Positions 36,080 through 43,899 of a stretch of 64,000 bases of DNA are shown here, piece after piece. The stretch spans positions 7,730,689 through 7,794,688 of the forward strand of contig OY969418.1 in assembly GCA_963699175.1 (NCBI GenBank), read 5' to 3'. The stretch comes from an uncultured Acidobacteriota bacterium (GTDB lineage Bacteria; Acidobacteriota; Blastocatellia; RBC074). The notes beneath the pieces were generated by a model, which saw only the letters and a program-made list of their open reading frames with translations, was not told where the DNA came from and did no database searches. Every line of letters starts with the position of its first letter. Within the stretch, counting starts at the first letter, position 1. A program made the position numbers and the translations under genes.

Positions 36080-37609
36080 TCACGAGACGACGAATTTCAA
36101 CATCGTCTCACCGAGCTTAAGCTCGTCACCGCTCACCAGCGCGTGTAATTGTCCCTGTGGCAGTTTCTTGGTGCCATTGATAAAAGTGCCATTGGCGCTG
36201 CCCAGGTCTTCGATGAAGAACTGTGTATCGCGCGCGATGATCTTGGCGTGGCGGCGCGAGACGCGCGCCGCCGGGTCGTACTTCGACAAATCCACTTCGG
36301 GACGAATCCCGCGATTCGGATCCATACGGCCAATCAAGCTTTCGCCTTCGAGATTGAGCATGAACTGCGCGTTCATCTCGTTCGTGCCCAACACGACCAG
36401 CTTGGCCGTGGTGCGCTGGCGATGGCCACAATAAGCGCAAAAGACATCGCCCGTTGCCATCTCGCGCCCGCAGTTGCCACAGGTCTGTATGGGCGCAGGC
36501 GGCGCAGCGTAATCAATTTGCTGGCGCACCGGCCCGGCGTGACCTTGCAAGTGACGCAGGTGCTCGATCAAGTCCGCGCCAAAAGCTTTGGCCGACGCAA
36601 AGCGGTTCTCTGGTTTGTATTCGACCGAGCGGCAAATCAACTCTTCTAATTCCGGCGAGATTTCGGGATTGATCTGGCGCGGTTTCGGATTCTTGGCGAA
36701 ATCGAAGATCAGCAACGGATTGTCTTGCGGGTCTTGTCCCGTGAGCAGATGGAACATCGTCGCGCCGAGCGAATAGATGTCCGAGCGCGCTTCAACATTG
36801 CCCGCAAACAGCTCTGGCGGCGCATAGCCCATCGTGCCGATGGCCGTCACGCCTTTGACCGTCGGCGCGACGAAGCGCGCGATGCCGAAATCCACCAGCA
36901 TGATGCGATTCGTGCGCGCGTCCACCATCAGGTTGGCGGGTTTCAGGTCGCGATAAATGATCGGCGGATTCTGTGAGTGTATGTAATCGAGCACGTCGCA
37001 GATTTCAATGCCCCACTTGGTGACGGTCGCTTCGTCCAACTTACCACCGGCAGCACGTTGGCGAGCGGCCAGGTCGCCGCCGTCAATGAACTTCATCACG
37101 AGGTAGTAGCGGCCACGCGCCGTATCGAAGAAGTATTGCAGGATCGTCGGGATCGAAGGGTGATCGAGTTGCGCGAGCAGTTCGGCCTCGCGTTTGAAGT
37201 CGTCTATCGCTTTCACGCGCGCCGAGTCGTCGGCGAACATCTCGATCATCTCTTTGACTGCGACTTTGCGGTTGGCCAGGTTCTGATCTTCCGCTAGATA
37301 GACCGATCCCATACCGCCGCCGCCAATGCGCCGGACGATCTTGTAACGGTCGGCCAACAACGTCCCTGGCGGAAGTTGAATGCCTGAGGTGTTATTGCCG
37401 GATGCGCTCATACTCAAGTGTGACGTTCGCCCTGATTCTGTGTCTACGCCGGTTCCCATCCCCGCTTGCGTGCCTGCCCAGTTCGCAGCCCCGCGAGCGG
37501 GCGCTTGCGGTGGTGGCGGTGGCGCCGTAATGTCCTGAAGCCAGCCGCATTCGCCGCAATAAGGATCACCGGCTGTGGTGGGCGCGCCACATTCGGGACA
37601 GAATGGCAT
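36080..37609 (-). CDS. Zinc ribbon - Ser/Thr protein kinase - zinc ribbon - FHA domain protein
   Basis: The first zinc ribbon is MPFCPECGAPTTAGDPYCGECG. Kinase motifs are IGGGGMGSVY, VAVKEM, YRDLKPANLMV, DFGIAR and GTMGYAPPE. The second zinc ribbon is CGNCGREMATGDVFCAYCG. The FHA segment is LIGRMDPNRGIRPEVDL...VSRRHAKI...IEDLGSANGTFING. Confidence 0.9.
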   Translation of the reverse strand: MPFCPECGAPTTAGDPYCGECGWLQDITAPPPPPQAPARGAANWAGTQAGMGTGVDTESGRTSHLSMSASGNNTSGIQLPPGTLLADRYKIVRRIGGGGMGSVYLAEDQNLANRKVAVKEMIEMFADDSARVKAIDDFKREAELLAQLDHPSIPTILQYFFDTARGRYYLVMKFIDGGDLAARQRAAGGKLDEATVTKWGIEICDVLDYIHSQNPPIIYRDLKPANLMVDARTNRIMLVDFGIARFVAPTVKGVTAIGTMGYAPPELFAGNVEARSDIYSLGATMFHLLTGQDPQDNPLLIFDFAKNPKPRQINPEISPELEELICRSVEYKPENRFASAKAFGADLIEHLRHLQGHAGPVRQQIDYAAPPAPIQTCGNCGREMATGDVFCAYCGHRQRTTAKLVVLGTNEMNAQFMLNLEGESLIGRMDPNRGIRPEVDLSKYDPAARVSRRHAKIIARDTQFFIEDLGSANGTFINGTKKLPQGQLHALVSGDELKLGETMLKFVVS

Positions 37610-37671
37610 AACCAAATCTGAGTGCCGTGTGCTTGAGCCGCAAGCTTTGCTGACTCCGCACTCGGCGCTTT

Positions 37672-38412
37672 TCAATTCACTACAAATTTCAAAAAAGTTT
37701 TGCCGACGATGATCTCATCGCCGTTCTTCAAAGGTTGCTTGTTGCCGGGCAGCAAGCGCGGGCCGCGATTGACGAAAGTACCGTTAGTGCTGCCCAGGTC
37801 TTCGATCAAAAACTGATTGTTCAAAACCTGAATGCGTGCATGCCGCCGCGAGACTTTGGCTTCGGGGTCGTCCTGATCCAAATCTACATCGGGAAAGATA
37901 CCTCCGTCGGCATCCCAGCGCCCAATCATTGATTCGTCGCTGGTCAACGGAAACTCTTTGCCGACCTTGCCCCCGCGTTGAATGATAAGTTTAGCGCGCA
38001 TCGCAGTGGCCTCTGCATCGCCATCGGCCACTGCCACTCGGCTTGATGATGATGCATGTAAAGAACCCGTTTGCCCTTTGACGACATTGGTCAAATTGGG
38101 CTGATTGCTGACGGCCGTGGGGTTACCCCCCAGCGCCGGATTGACCGACGTATTAACCGGTGTAGACCGCGCAGGCTGGGCCGGTTGGGCAGCGGGTGGC
38201 GGCGCGGTATAGGGCGTCGCCGGTTTCGGCGCGACGTTCTCACGCGCGAACTGCGCTGGCGGCGGCGGCGCGAATTGCGGCGGCGGTGGCACCGCCGGTT
38301 TCTGCGCGGGCACGGAACGCACCGAAGCTGCCGCACTCAGCCGGTTTCCGCATTCGTCGCAAAATTCCGAGCCGTCCAGATTATCAGTGCCGCATTGATG
38401 ACATCTGACCAT
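37672..38412 (-). CDS. Zinc ribbon - Pro/Ala-rich linker - FHA domain protein
   Basis: The zinc ribbon is MVRCHQCGTDNLDGSEFCDECG. The FHA segment is MIGRWDADGGIFPDVDL...VSRRHARI...IEDLGSTNGTFVN, closely paralogous to the kinase FHA. Confidence 0.85.
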   Translation of the reverse strand: MVRCHQCGTDNLDGSEFCDECGNRLSAAASVRSVPAQKPAVPPPPQFAPPPPAQFARENVAPKPATPYTAPPPAAQPAQPARSTPVNTSVNPALGGNPTAVSNQPNLTNVVKGQTGSLHASSSSRVAVADGDAEATAMRAKLIIQRGGKVGKEFPLTSDESMIGRWDADGGIFPDVDLDQDDPEAKVSRRHARIQVLNNQFLIEDLGSTNGTFVNRGPRLLPGNKQPLKNGDEIIVGKTFLKFVVN

Positions 38413-38826
38413 AGTCCTCTTGCCTCCACTCAGGGCAAACCCGACGCAGCTTGGAACGGAGGAGCCTAGTGCATAATCGCCTTGGCTCGTTATCTTGCCT
38501 GGGTTTGCTGCGGGAAAGCGTTACCGCTGCTTGCCGATGATGAGTCAATAGCTCCACAAACGACGCTGCATTCTACAACGTTCATTATGCCTATGCCAGT
38601 TTTGTTTGCAACCGCTAAGTGCTCATGGTTTGCAGTCGCAAAAAGTCTGCGCTGCGCAGGCTTGGACAGGTTGTGTGAGAGATCTGTGAGAGAGCTGAAT
38701 TGATGATTAGCAAGGCAAATTGCTTTGCTTTCCGTCCATCTGTTACCATCCACCGACTTGTTAGTCGCCTGTGAAATGGCTGTAATTCTCCAAACCGTCG
38801 CCGAGCAATTGCTAGGAGTTGCCGCT

Positions 38827-39471
38827 ATGCTGAAACGCCGAATACTATACGTCTTAATTCTGTCGCTGCTCTTCGCGTTGGCGCTCGCCTGTGGGACGCG
38901 TATGGCTACGCGCACACCCAGCGGCACACCGCCCGCTGGGTTGAATGTGGCGCGCGTTCGCCAACTACTGCAAACCATCGGAGGCAGCAACCTGAAGCCA
39001 CAACAAATCGAGATTAAGAGCATCTCCACCGGCGTCGGTGCTGACAATGCCGTTGTCGAAGCCAGGCTTGAAACGGCCTTTCGTTTCTCGCGCGCCAGCG
39101 GTGACTGGCAGGTCGCCGAAATAAGGCTTGGCGATCAGCAGTGGGAGTCTATCGAATTGATTGAGACAGCGCTGCGTCAGGAAAAAGGGCGACGCACGAC
39201 GGGACTGCTGCGGCGCGTGGCTGATGGATTGGAAGCTTACCACCGCGAAAAAGGACAGTTCGTCCCGACCGAGGATTTCGGTGTGTTGCTCGATCATCTA
39301 TCGCCGCGTTACCTGACTGACCCGTTGCGCGTTGACTGGTGGGGTACGCAGTTCGTCTATCGCGGCACGGCTGGGAATTATCAACTGCTTTCTGCGGGCG
39401 CGGATCGCAAGGCCGGTACGAAGGATGATCTGGTGATTGAGAACGGCGTGCTGCGCGCTGAGAAAGAATGA
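38827..39471 (+). CDS. Lipoprotein with a GspG (type II secretion pseudopilin) C-terminal-like domain
   Basis: The lipobox is LFALALAC|G after the ATG at 38827. DPLRVDWWGTQFVYRG...YQLLSAGADRKAGTKDDLV resembles the GspG globular-domain signature. Confidence 0.55.
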   Translation: MLKRRILYVLILSLLFALALACGTRMATRTPSGTPPAGLNVARVRQLLQTIGGSNLKPQQIEIKSISTGVGADNAVVEARLETAFRFSRASGDWQVAEIRLGDQQWESIELIETALRQEKGRRTTGLLRRVADGLEAYHREKGQFVPTEDFGVLLDHLSPRYLTDPLRVDWWGTQFVYRGTAGNYQLLSAGADRKAGTKDDLVIENGVLRAEKE

Positions 39472-39513
39472 AATTTGTCGGCTGTTGTGCAAAGCCCCTG
39501 ACCACTGACTGCC

Positions 39514-39987
39514 ATGCAATACATCTCTGTTGAAAATCAGAAAGCTGTAGATCAAACCTACCGTTTGTCGGTCATCATCGTGCTTGCTTTTTGCTTCACG
39601 CCAATTCTATTGATGGCGCTGGGACGCTTCATCCACGCGAGAGCGGCGTACTATGACCCCGCGACGCTCGAACTGATTAAAAAGCTGGCCTACGGGAGCA
39701 CGCTGCTTTTCGGGTTGCTAGTCGTCGCGTTGCGTCGCTTCGGGATGGCCTGGCTCACGGGCAAACGCCAACGTTCGGTGAGCAGCGTACTGAGCAATTT
39801 GCGCTTGCTCACGCTCATCAGCGCAGTGCTGGGTGAGTTGGTGGCGCTCACCGGGTTTGTCGCTTTCTCCCTGACGAGCGATTATGAATATTGCTGGCGC
39901 TTGGGGGTGGTTAGCTTGCTCTTGATTTTGTACAGCTTCCCGCGCCGCTGGGATTGGGATCGTGCGGTCGCCCACGCGCAAGCTTGA
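39514..39987 (+). CDS. Hypothetical 4-TM membrane protein
   Basis: 157-aa ORF with four hydrophobic segments and no recognisable motif. Confidence 0.5.
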   Translation: MQYISVENQKAVDQTYRLSVIIVLAFCFTPILLMALGRFIHARAAYYDPATLELIKKLAYGSTLLFGLLVVALRRFGMAWLTGKRQRSVSSVLSNLRLLTLISAVLGELVALTGFVAFSLTSDYEYCWRLGVVSLLLILYSFPRRWDWDRAVAHAQA

Positions 39988-40030
39988 GTCGCTGCGGCCG
40001 TTCACTTGTTTACGTGTTTTTGAGGTGCAA

Positions 40031-41371
40031 ATGCCTGGGAATGATTTGAAGATGTGCCAGTCCTGTCGCGCGCTGATTCCGGCGAATGCCGCGCGTTGCG
40101 AGATGTGCGGAGCTGAAGGTCACTATGCCGCGCGCGCTGGTGTCAGCACGGGCGAGAGCTTCAGCCTGTTGACCAATTGGCCAGTCACGACGCTGCTGTT
40201 GACGCTCAATGTGCTGATCTATGCGTTGACGCTGCTCTATCAATTGCGGCTCTTTGCGCAATTGGATGATGCGCCGGGCTTCTCGATGTCGCCTTACCCA
40301 ATCGTGAACGACGGCTTCGGAACTTCACATCCGGGCATACGGCAGAACGGCGAATGGTGGCGCTTGCTGGCGTCGTGCTTTCTGCACGGCGGCCCGATTC
40401 ATTTGCTCTTTAACAGTATGGCGTTGATGCAGGCGGGCCGGATCGCCGAAGAAGTTTTCGGGCGTTCGCAATACATCTGCCTGTACATATTGGGCGGCAT
40501 AGGCGGAAATCTGCTGGCCATCATGTTCGGTTCGCGTGTAGTGGGCGCGTCGGGCGCGCTCTTCGCGTTAATCGCGGCGCTGGCGGTCTACGGCTACAAA
40601 CGCCGTGACACGCTGGGGCGGAGTTTGCGGCAGGACATGATCTATTGGCTGCTCTACGGCCTGGCCATCAGCTTTCTGCCGGGCATCAGTATGGCCGCGC
40701 ACGCAGGCGGCGCAGTGGTTGGCGCGGCGCTGGCCTTCTTGTTGCCGGATGAGGAACAGTTGCGGCAAAGCTTCCTACGCATGCGGCTCGCGAAAGTCTT
40801 TGGGACAGTGGCTTGGTTGTTGATTTTGGGTACGGGCGTGCTGATGGCGCGCAACGTTCTCAGACAGGATGAAATGATTCGCGTGGCTACGTCGGCCGAG
40901 CGTGTTTACACGGTCTGGCTCAATCATCTGCAACTCAACAAGCTGGTGGCAGGCGCACGGCTGAAACAAACCGGCGGCGCAGCCGGGAGCGAATTGCCAG
41001 ACCTCGCCACGCTGACCAAGCGCATAGATCAGACACAGCGCGCCCTGTGCAGCGACATCGGCGCGCTCGAACGCTTGCCAGTCACCGATGAAGAGAGTGG
41101 CCAGTTGTATCGCCGCATGGCCAGCAATCTGCGCACGCGTTGCGATAAAATGCCAGCCTTGCCCAAAGAGGATAACGACGCGGCTTTGCAACAAGCCTTG
41201 TCCAATTTTCAAAGTCAGGCTGAGCAGGGCAAAGAATTGGATGAGTTGATGAAGCAGTACGAACAATGGCTGGCGCGCAAAGCTGACGGCTTGCGCATGC
41301 CGGTCAAGGCGTTGAAGCCACGCTTGTCCAGTGAGACAATTACCCCCGACGAGTTGGAGAACAGCAAATAA
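40031..41371 (+). CDS. Zinc ribbon - rhomboid intramembrane serine protease - C-terminal coiled/helical extension
   Basis: GAGGTG SD and ATG at 40031. The zinc ribbon is CQSCRALIPANAARCEMCG. Rhomboid motifs are WRLLASCFLHGGPIHLLFNSMAL, GASGALFALI and AHAGGAVVGAAL. Confidence 0.85.
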   Translation: MPGNDLKMCQSCRALIPANAARCEMCGAEGHYAARAGVSTGESFSLLTNWPVTTLLLTLNVLIYALTLLYQLRLFAQLDDAPGFSMSPYPIVNDGFGTSHPGIRQNGEWWRLLASCFLHGGPIHLLFNSMALMQAGRIAEEVFGRSQYICLYILGGIGGNLLAIMFGSRVVGASGALFALIAALAVYGYKRRDTLGRSLRQDMIYWLLYGLAISFLPGISMAAHAGGAVVGAALAFLLPDEEQLRQSFLRMRLAKVFGTVAWLLILGTGVLMARNVLRQDEMIRVATSAERVYTVWLNHLQLNKLVAGARLKQTGGAAGSELPDLATLTKRIDQTQRALCSDIGALERLPVTDEESGQLYRRMASNLRTRCDKMPALPKEDNDAALQQALSNFQSQAEQGKELDELMKQYEQWLARKADGLRMPVKALKPRLSSETITPDELENSK

Positions 41372-41401
41372 GGCGATTGCGACATTGAGGTGAAGAGAGG
41401 A

Positions 41402-43516
41402 ATGTTGAAACAACAACGAGTCGTGGCGCGCAATTATCTTGCGGCCTTTGTTCTACTCAGCCTTAGTTTAGTGAGCTACGCGCAAACCTCCGGCACGAAA
41501 CCGCCGCCCCCCGCGCCCGCCCCACAGCCGAGTCAGACACCGCGTCCCGCTACCGGCGACACACGCCAACAAGCCCTCTTGCATTTTCTCGAAGCGCGCC
41601 GCTTGAAAGGCGAAGCGCAACACAGCCGCGATAACAAGCTGCTGATTGAGCAAGCCCTCAAAGCCTACCGCGACACGATCTGGCTAGACCCGCAAGCCGC
41701 CGAACCGCGCGTGGATTTGGGCGAGTTGTATTTCTTCTTCAAAAACGACCTGCGTTCGGCGGAATTCGAAGCCCTCGAAGCGATCAGACTGGATAATGAC
41801 TCTGCCGGCGCGCACCAGTTGTTGGCGCGCCTCTCCATTGCCGTCCTCAAATTCGACAATCAGAACAACGCACCGAACAGCCAGACCATGCTCGACCGTG
41901 CGACGAGCGAATATGAAGCCGTCACGCGGCTCGATCCCAGCAATGCCGAAGCCTGGGCGCTGCTCTCCGAGTTGTATCGGATGAAGAATGACACGGCCAA
42001 GCAGATACAGGCGCTGGAACGTTGGGCTAGTGCGCCATTGCCGAGCGATCAGGCTTTTTATTACTGGCTCTCGAACAGTGAACTCACACCCGATCAAGCG
42101 TTCTCGCAGTTGTCGCAAGTCTATCTAAGCCAGGGGCGCAAGCGCGAAGCCCTCGACGCCGCGCGCCGCGCCTACGAATTCAACCCGGAGAACAATGCCT
42201 ACGGGCGCAATCTGATCAGCGCACTGCACGCGGCGACGAAGCTGGATGAAGAATTGAAACTCTACGCGCGTCTGTCGAAGACAGCGCCGAGTCCGGTTTT
42301 GGAGATCGGTTATGGCGCGACACTGATCCGCGCCGGTCGCTATCAGGAAGCGGCCGAAAAATTGAGCGAGCAGTTAAATGGCGACAACACCAATAGCAGC
42401 CTCATCGCTTTGCTGGCGACTGCGCAACGCCGCGCAGGCCAACGCGCCGCCGCTGCCGAAACGCTCAAGGCTGGCATCGCCAAAGCCGAGGCGAACGCGC
42501 GCATCTCGCTGCAACTAGAATTGGCGGAGACCTACGAGGAGTTGGGGCGCAACGAAGAGGCGCTGGCGCAATACGACCAACTTTTGGATGCGCTCGCTGG
42601 TAAAGGCGCAGTCAGCGAGCAAAACGCCGGGCTGTACGGTCACGTCGTCAGCAAACTGGCGCGCCTGTGCCGTCGCACCGGCAACCAGGCGAAGCTGCAA
42701 GCCGTACTCAACCGGGCGCGGCGCGCGATTGACGAACAGAATCCGCTGATTGAAATGGTCACGATCGAAGCCTTGCGTGAAGACGGCAAACGCCGCGAGG
42801 CGCTCGACCTTACGCGCGCCGCCATCCGTCGCGTCCAGGATGATCGCGGCCTGCGCTTGACCGAAGTCCTCATCCTGAGCGAGCTGAAGAACTACAAAGA
42901 AGCCGCCGAACTGCTGCGCGGCATGCTCACCGGACGCGCCGAACACGCCGCCGAGGACGCCAGCGTTTGTTTGATTCTGAGCAACGTGCAGATGCAAGCC
43001 GGACAGTTGCAAGAGGCCGAAGCGACGGCGCGCAAGGCGCTGGAACTCAATCCGGATGATAGCGATGCCTTGCTGCAATTAGGCTCCGTGCTCGACCGCG
43101 CAGGCAAGCAGACAGAAGCTGAGGGAATTTTGCGCGTACTGCTGGAACGCGAGCCTGACAACACGACAGTACTCAACAATCTCGGCTATTTGCTGATCGA
43201 GCGCGAGCAGAAGTTGGCAGAAGCGCAAACACTAATTGAGCGCGCCGTGAGCATTGAGCCGCTCAATGGCAGCTTCCTCGACAGCCTCGGCTGGGCCTAT
43301 TTCAAACAGGGCAAGCTCGACCAGGCACGCGCGCAGTTGGAGAAGGCGCTCAGCCTCGCCCGCCGCAATCCGACTATTCACGAGCATCTCGGCGACGTGT
43401 TGCTCAAGCTGGGCAAACTGGCCGAAGCGCGGCGCGCGTGGGAGAAGGCGTTGGAGTATGCGCTTGAAGCCGATGAGACGGCGCGGCTGAAAGGGAAGTT
43501 GAGAGACGCGCATTAA
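41402..43516 (+). CDS. Secreted TPR-repeat protein
   Basis: It has a signal peptide and many TPR-like repeats (e.g. AEAWALLSELYRMKND, LNNLGYLLIE, LDSLGWAYFKQGKLDQA). Confidence 0.8.
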   Translation: MLKQQRVVARNYLAAFVLLSLSLVSYAQTSGTKPPPPAPAPQPSQTPRPATGDTRQQALLHFLEARRLKGEAQHSRDNKLLIEQALKAYRDTIWLDPQAAEPRVDLGELYFFFKNDLRSAEFEALEAIRLDNDSAGAHQLLARLSIAVLKFDNQNNAPNSQTMLDRATSEYEAVTRLDPSNAEAWALLSELYRMKNDTAKQIQALERWASAPLPSDQAFYYWLSNSELTPDQAFSQLSQVYLSQGRKREALDAARRAYEFNPENNAYGRNLISALHAATKLDEELKLYARLSKTAPSPVLEIGYGATLIRAGRYQEAAEKLSEQLNGDNTNSSLIALLATAQRRAGQRAAAAETLKAGIAKAEANARISLQLELAETYEELGRNEEALAQYDQLLDALAGKGAVSEQNAGLYGHVVSKLARLCRRTGNQAKLQAVLNRARRAIDEQNPLIEMVTIEALREDGKRREALDLTRAAIRRVQDDRGLRLTEVLILSELKNYKEAAELLRGMLTGRAEHAAEDASVCLILSNVQMQAGQLQEAEATARKALELNPDDSDALLQLGSVLDRAGKQTEAEGILRVLLEREPDNTTVLNNLGYLLIEREQKLAEAQTLIERAVSIEPLNGSFLDSLGWAYFKQGKLDQARAQLEKALSLARRNPTIHEHLGDVLLKLGKLAEARRAWEKALEYALEADETARLKGKLRDAH

Positions 43517-43572
43517 AGACAGTGGTGCACCAAGCCACAGCCAGCCGTCTCGGTCTACGAACATTTGTTGGT

Positions 43573-43729
43573 CAAAAAGCTGTAGTGGGAAAACGGGGTG
43601 GGATGATGGTGATGGCGTAGGGGCAGACCTGCGTGCCTGCCCTGCAGCGGCAGGGACGCGAGACCAGGGCAGACACGCAGGTCTGCCCCTACGTCTCACC
43701 CCATTTCCCCGCTACCCAAAAAGCTGTAG
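43573..43729. repeat. MITE-like long palindrome flanked by a 13-nt direct repeat
   Basis: CAAAAAGCTGTAG occurs at 43573-43585 and 43717-43729. The core stem is GTAGGGGCAGACCTGCGTG (43617-43635) / CACGCAGGTCTGCCCCTAC (43674-43692). The outer arms also pair (GGGAAAACGGGGTGGGA / TCACCCCATTTCCCC). Confidence 0.75.
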
Positions 43730-43899
43730 CAATCTGGTGAAGACTTGTTGAACTTCACCAGCTTGCAAGATTTGGAGGAATGGCGGCGGCGGCGCACGCG
43801 GGCGCGCAACCGGGCCAGCGGCGGCGCGTCAGGCACAGTGCAAGGGCCGCGTGATGCCTGAGCCGCGTAGCTGCCTCACGCACCACAGCAAAAAAGACT

